Shown one piece after another: positions 22,757 to 34,142 of a stretch of DNA of 64,000 nucleotides. Position 1 is the stretch's first letter, and every line of letters starts with the position of its first letter. The notes under the pieces were generated by a model that was given only the letters and a program-made list of their open reading frames with translations, did not search any database and was not told the origin of the DNA. Made by a program: the position numbers and the translations under genes. This DNA is from Azolla caroliniana (taxonomy: Eukaryota; Plantae; Polypodiophyta): positions 1,674,001 to 1,738,000 of the forward strand of contig JBHGNT010000013.1 of assembly GCA_043228905.1 (NCBI GenBank). The letters run 5' to 3'.

Positions 22757-25700
22757 ATGGAAGGGGGTGTGCGTGGCTTTCCGGGGATGATTGTCCTAAA
22801 CTCACAAAACTACTCAGACTGGAAGATCAAAATGGAAGATCTCCTAATAGTCAAAGACTTGTATGAGCCCATAGAAAATAAGGATATACCAAAAGGGGTA
22901 ATAGAATCGGAGTGGAGAATTCTAAATAGGAAGGCAGTGGCAACTATAAGACAATGCGTAGACATTAGCGTCCTACAACATGTAGCAAGTGATACCATTG
23001 CCTTCGAGTTATGGCATAAACTCTCTGCCCTCTATGAAAGGAAAAATGCCTCAAATAAAACTTTCTTGATGAGGAAGATAGTGAGACTGAAGTACGTAGA
23101 TGGGGAGAGCATTGTAGAGCACATCAGTACGTTTATGGGACTAGTGAATCAGTTAGCCTCATCGGAGTTCCCATTAGATGACGTTATGTAGGCCACTCTA
23201 TTGCTATGTACTGTACCAGATAGTTGGGAAAACTTAATAGTGACACTAAGCACTTCATGTAAAGAAGACAACTTATCTTTCGAAGTAGTAAAGACGAGCA
23301 TTTTAAATGAAGAGACAAGAAGAAAGGAGAAAAGTGCCTTGTCTCAATCGGAAGCTAACGTGACCCAAGAACTTAGTAGAGGAAGAAGAGAACACAGAAG
23401 TCCAGAAAATGGAGATAGGTTTTATGCAAGGTCAAAATCTAGAGGAAGACCTACATGCTTCTATTGTGGGAAGCCTGGTCACTTCCAAAAGAATTGTCGA
23501 CACATTAGGAAGGACAAAAGCATGGCTGATGAGATCGAACCTAGAAAAATTTCTGATGATAAAAATAGCTCAGCCATTGTAACTAGTGAGGAAGAGATGT
23601 TGTTCATATGTGAACAAGTTAGTGTGAATCTTGCAAGTGCTGAGAGCTCATGGGTAGTGGATTCCGGCGCATCATTTCACCTAACTCCCAAAAGAGAATG
23701 CTTCTCATCTTATACAGCGGGTGACTATGGCTATGTTAGGATGGGAAATGACGGTGAATGCAATATTGTGGGCCTAGGAACCGTGTGCTTGCTAACATCT
23801 ACTGGCTGTAGGTTAATGTTGAAGGATGTATGCCATGTTCCGGATGTCAGATTGAATCTGATATCGGCTGGATGGCTAGATGATGAAGGCTACAATGGTG
23901 GTTTTCAAAATGGTTCATGGAAGTTCTGTAAAGGGAGCCTGATCGTGGCTCGAACCCATAAATAGAACACGTTGTATGTAATGCATGCGAAGTTGTGCCG
24001 AGATGAAGCAAATGTAGTGGCTGGCTCAAATGGTGAGTTGTGGCATAAAAGGCTCGGACACATGAGCGAAAGGGGAATGCATATCCTTGCGGAAAAGGAT
24101 TTTCTGCCTGAGGTGAAAGGAATACACTTGGAAAAGTGTGTGGACTGCTTGGCTAGAAAGCAGAATAGAACAACCTTTCACTCTATAGACCTCCGATGAG
24201 AAGAGAGCATGCTTTAGAGCTGGTTCACACAAATGTGTGCTATGTGGATGCCCCATCACATCGTGGAGGACAATATTTTTGTCACATTTATTGATGACTT
24301 CAGTAGGAAGGTGTGGGCTTATGTGTTGGTGTCTAAAGACCAAGTGTTGTCGGTCTTTAAAGAGTTTCATGCAAGGGTGGAAAGAGAATCTGGATAGAAG
24401 ATGAAAGCTGTCCAGACAAATAACGGTGGTGAATATAGAGGCCAATTTGAGATGTATTGTAAGACTCAAGGCATCAAACTTGAGTATACAGTACCGATGA
24501 CACCTGAGCTAAATGGTCTAGCAGAAAGAATGAATCGGACCATAATGAAAAGGGTAAGAAGCATGTTGGCACATGCAAAATTGCCAAAGTCGTATTGGGC
24601 TGAAGCAATGTTGACGACTATTTATCTCATAAACAAGTCTCCATCAATGCCTCTGAAGGGGAATGTACCACAGAGGGTGTGGACAGGAAGAAATGTGACT
24701 TATCAGCACTTAAAGGTGTTTGGATGCTTGTCCTATGTACATGTTGTTAAAGATCAGAGGTTAAAGTTGAACAACAAGTCCAAACCTTGTATATTCTTGG
24801 GGTACTCGGAAGACGAGTTCGGGTACAAAATGTGGGATCTCCTTGATAAGAAAGTGATAAGAAGTCAAGATGTCATGTTCATGGAAGATAAGACAATCGA
24901 GGACTGGAAGCAACAAAGACCAGAGTCGCCTTCCAAATCGACTACTGTTATGGAGTCAATACTAGGTGATCCCACTCCCACACAACAATCGGCTGATGAA
25001 GTTGAATTTGAGTTGGTCGACACCCAACAGTAGACTGAGTCGGTCGACACTCTACAACAAACTGATGCACACGAATCTGAGTTGGAAGATGAGTTGTTGG
25101 AAGAAAGCGGATATGAGCCAATTATCGAAGGAAGAAGATATCCACGAAGACAAAGGAAGGCCTCCTCTAGATATCCAGCCAGTCACTTAGAAACAAATGG
25201 GTCTACAAATTAAAGACTGGTGAAGACGGAAGTACACCCAGGTATAAGGCTCGTATTGTCGTAAAGGTTTTTCAACAGAAAAAGGGTGTTGACTTTGATA
25301 AGATTTTTGCTCCAGTTGTGAAGATGACCTCTATTCGGACTGTTTTGAGTATGGCCGCCAGTATGAATCTTGAAATCGAACAGTTGGATGTTAAAACAAA
25401 TTTCTTGCACGAGGAGTTAGAAGAGGAAATCTATATGCAACAGCCAGAGGGCTTTGAGGTAAAAGGAAAAGAAAATCTCGTGTGTAGGCTGAAGAAAAGC
25501 TTGTATGGTCTAAAGCAAGCTCAACGACAATGGTATAAGAAATTTGAGTCCTTCATGTTGGAACATGGATTCCACAAAATACAAGCCGATCATTGTGTAT
25601 TTGTGAAAAGGTATAATGAAGGTGATTTTCTTATTTTGTTGTTGTATGTGGATGATATGTTGGTTGTTGGACAGGATGTCAAAAAGATTGCAAGCTTGAA

Positions 25701-26620
25701 GAAAGCATTGAGTAAATCGTTTGCCATGAAAGACTTAGGACCGGCAAAACAGATTTTGGGAATGCATATAGTCCAGGACAAGACTGAAAACATGCTATGG
25801 CTGTCATAAGAGAAATATGTGACAAAAGTTTTGCAAAGGTTTAACATGTACAATGCAAAATCGGTCAGATCTCCATTACCGGTGGACTGTAAGTTAAACT
25901 CAGGACAATGTCCGAAAACTGAGAAAGATAAGGCAGAGATGAGAAGAGTGTTGTATGCTTCTGCTGTTGGCAGCCTTATGTATGCTATGGTTTGCACAAG
26001 GCCGGACATTGCATTCGTTGTTGGAATAGTTAGTCGTTACATGAGTAATCCTGGAAAGGAGCATTGGGCAGCCGTAAAATGGATTCTCAGATACCTCAAA
26101 GGAACTTCGAGTGTATGCCTTAGATATGGCTCTAGCAAACCTATGCTAGAAGGTTTCACAGATTCTGATATGTCGGGTGATGTAGACTCTAGCCGATCCA
26201 CATCAGGGCATGTGATGACGTACTCAGGGAGAGCTGTATCATGGCAATCAAGACTGCAAAAGGTTGTGGCTTTGTCAACCACCGAGGCTGAGTATATGGC
26301 TGCAGTGGCAGCCGGAAAAGAATTGATCTGGATGAGAGAGTTCTTGAGCGAACTAGGAATGAAGCAAGAGGAGTACTTACTTCATTGTGACAATCAAAGT
26401 GTTATCCATATGGCTAAGAATGCTACCTACCACTACCGTACAAAGCACATTCAAAGAAGGTATCATTGGTTGTGAGAACGAGTGGAAGAAAGCGAGTTTG
26501 TTCTAGCGAAGATCCACATTGAAGAAAATGGATCAGACATGCTCACAAAAATTCTGTCTACGGAAAAACTCGTTGCGTGCCGGAAAAAGATTGGTTTGGT
26601 TGAATCTCCCTCTATAGGAG
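22757..26620 (+). pseudogene. H gag-PR-INT-RT-RNaseH polyprotein with stops, frameshifts and a deletion near 25185
   Basis: CFYCGKPGHFQKNC, WVVDSGASFH, LWHKRLGH, NGLAERMNRT, LLYVDDML, ALSTTEAEY, HCDNQS. Confidence 0.95.
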
Positions 26621-26633
26621 TGAAGGGGGAGTT

Positions 26634-27476
26634 TGTTATGTAAAGGCATCCCTCCTTGCGGGTGAGTCGGCCGAAAAGTCGACTGGTCGAAATCAGTTGA
26701 GAAGCCGAAATGAGTCGGCTGACCGAAATCAGCCGAAAAGCCGAAAAGAGTCGGTTGACCGAATTTGGCCGAAATCGGTCGGAGAGCAAAAACGAATAGT
26801 CGGTTTGCTGAAGAACCGAATTGGGGGTCGACTTACCGAATTCAGTGTGAAAGCCGAATTTGAACTCAATCAAATAGGAGTTCCGACACACATATACATA
26901 TACATATGTCTTGTCATATATATGTATGAAATGACTTAGTATATATATACTAATAGGCGTAGTAGTGCGCATGTATGTGGGATAACTCATTAGAAGTAAA
27001 ACAGTGAGAAAAAGGGGAGAAATATATATATATCGTTAAGTGAGTGCATGATATATATATATATATGTGAGTGAAAAACGAGATGTATGTGTCACGTGAC
27101 TTCGAGAACGACTAAGTATATACACAGTAGAGGCCGTGCAAGAAAATATACTCAGAAGCTAAGTGAGAGGAAGAAGGAAGGGTGAAACAAAAAAGAAGAG
27201 AGATTAAAAGAAGAGAAGCTAAGGAAGTTTTGAACTGAAAGACATCTATGTGTTAGGGTTTGGAATGCTCATCAGAAATTGTGGTTTCAGAGAACATTTA
27301 GACCAGATCAAGTGCTTTCATTCTATGGTTGTATTTTGTCCTCTATTATAGTGGAAATCTCTGTTCCGTGGTTTTTCCCTGAAATCAGGGTTTTCCACGT
27401 AAATCGTGTGCTCTTCTTCATTTTCTGTTTGTGTCTAAGTTTGATTTCGTAATCTTGTCTGAGCAAAATTCTATCA
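26634..27476 (+). repeat. 3' LTR of H
   Basis: Direct repeat of 21914-22730. Confidence 0.95.
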
Positions 27477-28349
27477 TCATTCTCGTTCACTGCAAGTATT
27501 CTTAGGATGCCTCCTTTCCCGCACTTACACATATTCACTTCTTTTAAATATTCGAATGCAGTATAAATTCCTACATGATTTCCTTTGATGACAATATAGC
27601 AAGAATGACAGAACTTATGGCAGAGGGAATTCACATCAAAATGGGATGGGCACCCATCTTTCGTAGGATACTGCATAGTTCGTCTTGTCTGCAGAAGCAA
27701 ACGCTATAGCTTCCCCTTAGCAAGGGGATAGACTGTCTCCCAAAGTAGACAAATAGGGTTCAGGAAATGATGCGAATAAATACAATAAGAAGAAATGATG
27801 AAGTCCTATTGAACTGATAACATTATCCCTTATGTAGATACATATGGTGTAGAAAACATCGTCGAGATAGATATGGAGAATATACTAGTAGAATGAAAAC
27901 GTTGCACTCTCAGACAAGGAGGAGAAACAATGAAAATAGGTAAGAAGAACAGAACAAATTCTAGATGATTGGGGCCTAGAAAAGAATAATACGGAGAGCC
28001 AGTGAGAGAGGAACACAAGGCAACCTTGATGATCACAGGCTAGGGAGGCTCTTAAAGAAAGAAGTAGATGGAAAAGATGAAGAAGAAAAACTTAGGGTAG
28101 ACCGCCAGATAATCAGAGAGGCTAAGGGCTACTATGGCTATGGGAGTAGATGAAACAATATTAAGATCACCATAGCAGGCTGGCTCTTCACACAAAGAGT
28201 CCAAGCACAACCCATCCTTGCTATAACAGAGAGAGATATATAGAGACACTGAGAGCGAGAGAAAGATTACTGATGGAGAGGTATGGAGAGGGAAAGTGAG
28301 GAATAGACTTCCTCTCAAAGGAGGGTCGGCCTTTCAAGTGTGCCAAAAG

Positions 28350-28690
28350 TGTTGTCGGGGTGGGGGGTGAAGCCTAGAATGGCTTCACCCCCCTCCCAAG
28401 GGGGTTACGATAGAGAGACAAAAGGAGAGAGTGAAAATAAGAATGGCACCAAAATAAGAGGGAAAAAGTTATTCATTACATACCCCATAGGGGGTTTGTA
28501 TAATACATCCAATGTAACGGTTACATGACCGTTATAAATAAGACCGTTACACATTCTTGTACACATGCACATAATTGTACATGTGTCCATACACATACTC
28601 ATCCTCACACACTCATTTACTTTACACATACACATCAACCACATTATTACACATACCCTTATGCTTCCCCGTATATTCTTACGGGTAACA
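28350..28690 (-). repeat. 5' LTR of G
   Basis: TGTTG...TAACA; PBS-like site 4 nt inside. Confidence 0.9.
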
Positions 28691-29034
28691 CATGCCCCCT
28701 CAGCCTTGATTCAATCCCAAGGGGTGCCTTGTCTCCATCGAATAGACCCTATTGTTCCAAAGATAGACAATATCCCTTCTTATGGCCTCTTGAAAGTCTC
28801 TACACTCCCTTCTTATGGTTGGGATTGTCGCACCACATACATCTTTGTGCGAACGGGGGACGTCGATCTTGAGGGCCGCCACTCTCTCTCCTAGCTTGCG
28901 CTATTTAGAGATCTCGCACCATCTTTGTGAGCTCGTCTATTGCCGACCCTCCCGATGGTCCTGTAACCACGTTTCTCTCGGGGATGAACCTTGCATTTGC
29001 TTGCTCTCTTTCTTGAGGTGCTCTACCACCCAGG
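28691..29034 (-). pseudogene. Relic E gag fragment (upstream part)
   Basis: Minus strand ...ELTKMVRDL...RCMWCD...RVYSMETRHPLGLNQG joins GGMxRLMEEA at 18566, as in B gag. Confidence 0.8.
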
Positions 29035-29314
29035 GAATTCTTATGATTTCTAAAAAATCGTTTCTTATAAAATAACATTGGTTGTAAAGTTTGTGATATA
29101 AATTGAGAATGTAAATTTTTTAAATTCCTCTTTTTTTATTTACTTCTAAATCACGAAAATCGAGGATTTTTAACCATTTTCATAGTATGTTTGAATATGT
29201 ATGATACTGATATCAATGTGTTTTGTAAAATCATTGAAAAAGCCCTAAAATCAACCAAAATATTCCTTATCCTTCCATTTATGCGTGATCCTTCCACTTG
29301 TGAACACGAACGTG
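29035..29314 (+). mobile_element. Truncated terminus of an L-family DNA transposon
   Basis: Reverse-complement copy of 59793-60062, ending at the same base (...GAACGTG). Confidence 0.85.
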
Positions 29315-29316
29315 AT

Positions 29317-29436
29317 TCTCTCATAAACTAGTTGAGATAGTGGGATCATATGTATACTTGGGAGTCACTTTTAGTGCTCGCTCAGTGACTCCCAAGTATA
29401 CATATGATCCCACTACCTCAATTAGTTTATGAGAGA
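29317..29436. repeat. Inverted repeat, 53-bp arms, 14-nt loop
   Basis: 29317-29369 versus 29384-29436, 2 mismatches. Confidence 0.93.
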
Positions 29437-30420
29437 GGGTATGCATCCCTCTCACTCTTAGAGAGACAATGCCACCAAGCATACTTTCAAGAGTCACGGA
29501 CTAAGGGATGGCTCTTTGACTCATTAGTGACCCCTTCTAGGTCTACCATCCTTCATGTGGACGCAATTAGAGAGAACTTTGGTGACGATGTTATCACGTC
29601 AACTCCGAAGCAAATCCACAGTATCGCATGACATTATTAGAGCATAGTTTAGTCTACCCCCGATGTTAGTAGAATCACTCTTTCAAATGGTAGTTTTTAT
29701 TCATCGGATTCATAGACAACCATAAGATAGGATATCCCGTCGAGCCTTTGAGGCATCTTGATCCCTACATACATCTGGAAACACTAACTCTTGGTATAGC
29801 ATTGTGGGGAGTTGGTTACTTGCAAATGGCATAGACATTAATAACCTACCTCCCCTTAAGTACAACCATGGAACACTTCTTGCACTTCTTGCACTTATTA
29901 CACGACCAAGATATCTAGATACATTCTTATTAAATGCACTAAGGGTGGCCATTGGACAACTTAGGATATCATCTCACCAACTTGAGATTGAGAATGGTCG
30001 AGCTAATAGAGTCCCTAGAGAGGAAAGGCTATGTAGGTTATGCCACATAGAGATAGAGGATGAATATCACTTCACATGCAAGTGCCCAACTTATGCCGAG
30101 ATATGGGTAGAATACCAAGACATATTAGGACCCTCTCCCACCCTCTCCAAACAATTAGATACCCCAAGTGTAAAAAGACTAGGTAGGTATATCTTAGAGC
30201 TAAAACAACATAGGCATAATAAATTACAAAGTGTTAATCATAATCCTTTTACTATTCATCAACATGTAACTAGTGTAATTTTTCAGGAACAAGGGGAGAC
30301 GATGAATGTGGATACTTACGCCAGGCCTCTCCCTTGAGGAAGCAGAAATACAAAGAACAACCAAACGCCCTCGGATGTTGGGCTTCAAAACAAGTCGACG
30401 TGGTGGCTAGACAGCAACTA
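29317..30420 (+). mobile_element. Non-LTR retrotransposon (LINE, RTE-X/L2-like) 3' fragment
   Basis: VEIVGSYVYLGVTF (RT end), LFDSLVTP, and C-terminal LRISSHQLEIENGR...RLCRLC...EDEYHF..KCPTY CCHC domain (ORF 29804-30337). Confidence 0.85.
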
Positions 30421-30450
30421 CCCGTATATACCTAATCTAGATCAACCTCT

Positions 30451-31075
30451 CAGCTCTGATACCATGTTAGAAATATTCAGAATCGATTAGATAGGTATAT
30501 AGAGTTACAACCACATAGATGGATATATGAAAACAAAACTTCTATTACATATGAGAGTAGCTCACAATGGTAGCTCACCCATGCGCTCACAACTTAGAGC
30601 TTAGATGGGATCTTGACCAACTCACTACAAAATTAGTGGGGACTGATGATCAATACACCACTGTGTAAGAGAGTGGATTATATTCTCAGTTTGGTCTAAG
30701 TGTAACATTAAATGTGCATGTTAGTTGATAGTAATGGAGATATTCCTTTTCTGCGAACTCCCTAGATATAGGCTAGTGCTAGATAGTACTTATCTTGAAG
30801 TAAATGACACATACTTCAAGACTAAGTACATTGTAAGTTGCCCACAAAATATTCTAGTTGACTTGATTAGTCAATCCTATTACCTATTTTGCTCTTTCCT
30901 AAATCCATTGTGTCCTACGCATCTACGGTTTCCTAGATTAACACCTTATCGACCCATATGGTCGAGTTGCACACTAGCCGCTCCTCATTTGGGGCGCTAT
31001 CACAAAATGTGCACTCTAAGAGCACATATGAGGATAGATTTACAACTTGGGGCTGATCATTGATTATATCTAACA
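30451..31075 (-). mobile_element. Orphan 5' LTR (30465-31075) with iMet PBS, element M; internal region lost
   Basis: TGTTAG...CTAACA termini; minus-strand TGGTATCAGAGCTG directly adjacent (30451-30464). Confidence 0.75.
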
Positions 31076-31145
31076 GCTAACTGGATCCGATGTAGTCGAT
31101 GAAGCTGATGCTCAACACTAGGGTTTCGTGCGACCTCGGGAAGAT

Positions 31146-31825
31146 CTAGGATACACCATCGAGGATGGTTACCGGTGTAGGCAAAGAAAGGTGTAACCTT
31201 GGTAGAAAAGTGCACCGTGTTATTGGATGCAAACTTAGCAAGATGTAAAATATTACTCCAATCATCTTGTTAATAACGGATAAAGCAACGAAGATATTGT
31301 TTGAGCGTTTGATTTGTGAGCTTTGTTTGTCCGTTAGTTTGTGGATGATAAGCCGAAGAGAGTTTGCAAGAAATTTTGAGGCCTGCCCATAGGTGCTTCC
31401 AAAAGTGAGAGATAAATTCAAGACCACGATCACTAATTATATTGTCTAGATGACCATGATGTCGAAACACTTCACGCATAATGAGATCAACGGTTTCCGA
31501 ACTACTAAGCTCTTTACACATGGTAAAAAATGTGCCATCTTTGTAAAGCGATCGACTACTGTTAAAATAGTCTCAAATCCTTTTGAAGGTGGCAAATGGG
31601 TAATGAAATCCATAGAAATAGACTGCCACAACTTAGTTGGAGGCGGTAATGGTTGTAACAAGCTATAAGGATGATGCCTGTGTATTTTGGCTCGACAACA
31701 GGTGTCACATGTACGAACAAAATCTTCGACAAAGTTTTGCAAATGAGGCCACCAAAACGAGCGCTTCACCAACTCCATTGTCTTGGCAATACCAAAATGT
31801 CCAGCCATAGGGGCATCATGACAAT
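31146..31825 (-). pseudogene. Chromovirus-type (Tcn1-like) element K, integrase fragment
   Basis: HDAPMAGHFG..CDTC..WQSISMDFIT..VVDRFTKMAHF..ISDRG..AYHPQTNGQT; joins 58794 across I. Confidence 0.88.
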
Positions 31826-32280
31826 TGTTATGGGCATGACCATTTAATATCCCGTGGTGAGAATTTACCGTAGTATTCTATACACGTGGATAAGTGTGAG
31901 GGTTAAATGAGAGTGCAAAAAAGGGGAGGATTACTTTTAATCCTCGGGATTGAGACAACCCATTAGGTCAAGTGTGAACTTGCCTGGGGGCCTTGGGTAT
32001 CGCTATAAATAAGAGGCCTAGCTACCCTCATTTGATCATGTTTTTTACTACATCGAGACTCTGCTCTTGTGGTGGGTCAACTCTTGTAGCGAGCGCGCCA
32101 GCACCAGGTACGACTCGACGCCACGACGGTGGTATGGGACGCCGATCGAGGCTCGAGTCCGTCTCGATCCCTTCGCTCGGGGGTGTCGGGTGGATCGGCA
32201 CCCTTCTTTCTCTTTCTCCTTTCTATCTATCATTTGTTTATCCTTATCTTAAGCTTACTTTAGTACTTAGATCTCTAATA
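31826..32280 (+). repeat. 5' LTR of I
   Basis: Direct repeat of 58339-58793; TATA box CTATAAATA ~32003. Confidence 0.94.
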
Positions 32281-33552
32281 TTTGGTATCAGATTTATGTA
32301 CTAATGTTTCTTTGTTTGTCTTTTGTCTTTTGATTGATGGTGATCGATTGATGTGCGGTCGGCCTTGATCCAGACAATGATCAACAAAGAACTTTGGTAA
32401 CTCTTTCCACAATTTTTTTTCTATTCTCTCTTCTCCCATCTAATCATGTGTTTAGTTTATATCTCAATTTTTTTCATTAAGTCAATGATGTTGTAGTGGT
32501 CTTTAATTGATTATCTAAAACGTTTACATATGTGCACAAGGTCAATACCTCGTTTGACATATAAATAATATGTGATGAGTGTCGTATGCGTACGAGGTTA
32601 ATACCTCAATTACGTATTACGTTCACGAACATATGTTACGTTTGCATAAGAGGTCAATAACTCAATTGCATATTACGATGATCTCTTATTTGTGGATGTT
32701 TCGTGTGCGTAGAGGTATATACCTCGATTACGTATCTCGATCACATCATTTGTGGCTATTTAATATAACGATATGTTAATATAGGCATATGTGGTCACGT
32801 ATATACGTATTTGATCGTATATATGTGATAAGTAAACATATGTGATTATATCGAAAGTTGTCCTTGTCGGAAAAAGGATGTTGGTGGCCGTCCTCACATT
32901 TTTGTGAGAATGGTGTTGTCACCATCCCTTTTTCCACAATTTTTTATTGTTGACAACCCCGTTGATGACCTCGATTTCGTTACGTAAAGAAACGCCTATA
33001 GCCATAATGATGTTGAGTACGTAGGGCTTGACCCACTTCAAGTGAGGTCGCTCCAATGACACACGTATCCAACATCCCTCCCTCGTTACATGGATATGAT
33101 GCCACCATGAGCTCGTTCTTACGAGAGGCATTCGTAATGACGTGACCATGTGATGGGCCACGTGGGCCTACTACGAAACGAAGGCTCATTTGGCTTGACC
33201 ATTAGGTTGCACTTTGGCGTATGCCATCGTAATTACGAGACTTGAGGTTAGGTAACATACCAACATAGTTTTGGTAAATGAGGGCGAAATAAGGACCCTT
33301 GACATATATGTTCTTTTAGAAAAAACATATATGATCAAATGCCTCGCATATCTCTTATATGCATCAAACATTAAGCATTCAAGAAGAGCAACTTACTTGG
33401 TTGGCTCAAGTGTTTAATGTATTTGTTCTCGAGGTCTCGAGTTCAAATATGACCAAGACCATACAACATCCTTGATACATATGACTATGACACATGTTTA
33501 GACTTAAGGCCTAAGTGCACCTCGGGGTCCTCGTAATAGGACTTAAAGAGCC

Positions 33553-33942
33553 TGTTGTCTGCCTGGCCGGACTAGCCTCAACACAGGTGTCTATCCGACA
33601 CTTCTCCAAAGGGGTGGTAAGGATTGGATGCTAGGTTACACGCGTAAGATGATTACAATTAAGCACAGACGGTAAACAATACGAAGATACAGATAAACAC
33701 GCAATAATTACTATTGTATTACTTTCGTCCCCATTTTTACAAATCATCGGATCCTTTTATAGGCATCCGGCAAGGTTACAATCGGTGCGCTTAGGCAACC
33801 GACATCCGAATCGGTCCGGATCCGGATCGGTACAACTGTACCGGATCCGTCCCTCCGAATAATAATTCTACTATTATTTCCTTCCTATTATCCGATCCGA
33901 CTCCGCCTTCCCACTTGTCCTTGCTCTTCTGACCGGCCAACA
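33553..33942 (-). repeat. 3' LTR of C2
   Basis: Direct repeat of 43109-43498; TATA box CCTATAAAAGG on the minus strand. Confidence 0.96.
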
Positions 33943-33944
33943 CA

Positions 33945-33987
33945 TGGCACGCCCGTGGGAAAGTGCCTTGCACTTCGAATCCACTCC
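33945..33987 (-). other. tRNA-3'-half-like motif at the PPT position of C2 (homolog at 20094-20136 in G)
   Basis: Element sense GGAGTGGATTCGA-AGTGCAAGGCACTT-TCCCACGGGCGTGCCA, then TG, then the LTR. Confidence 0.75.
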
Positions 33988-34142
33988 CGGCCTCATTCTT
34001 CCTCCAAAATATCGAGCACACTCTGCTCGATGGTGTCAAGTGGTGCTTCTTCCTCCTGTTCCTGTTCCTTGCCTGCCTGGTCTCCGACCTCCGGTTGGGT
34101 GGGTTGTTCCGTAAAAATTTGTTGCTCCGGCTCTGCTTGATT

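Larger units (their letters stand above)
21914..27476 (+). mobile_element. Full-length (decayed) Ty1/copia element H, Tnt1/Tto1 (Tork)-like
   Basis: LTRs 21914-22730 and 26634-27476 (TGTTA...TATCA). TSD TCATT (21909-21913 / 27477-27481). Degenerate iMet PBS TGATATTAGAGC 22734-22745. PPT GAGTGAAGGGGGAG. Confidence 0.96.
18567..28690 (-). mobile_element. Non-autonomous LTR element G (~3.4 kb without inserts), hosting F and H
   Basis: LTRs 18567-18572+19761-20091 and 28350-28690 (TGTTG...TAACA). TSD CATGC (18562-18566 / 28691-28695). PBS-like TGGCACACTTG on minus at 28335-28345. No gag/pol motifs seen. Confidence 0.85.

Noticed and set aside
33945-33990. Complete tRNA gene
   Set aside because: Only the T-arm, acceptor 3' strand and CCA are recognisable; there is no D-arm or anticodon arm.
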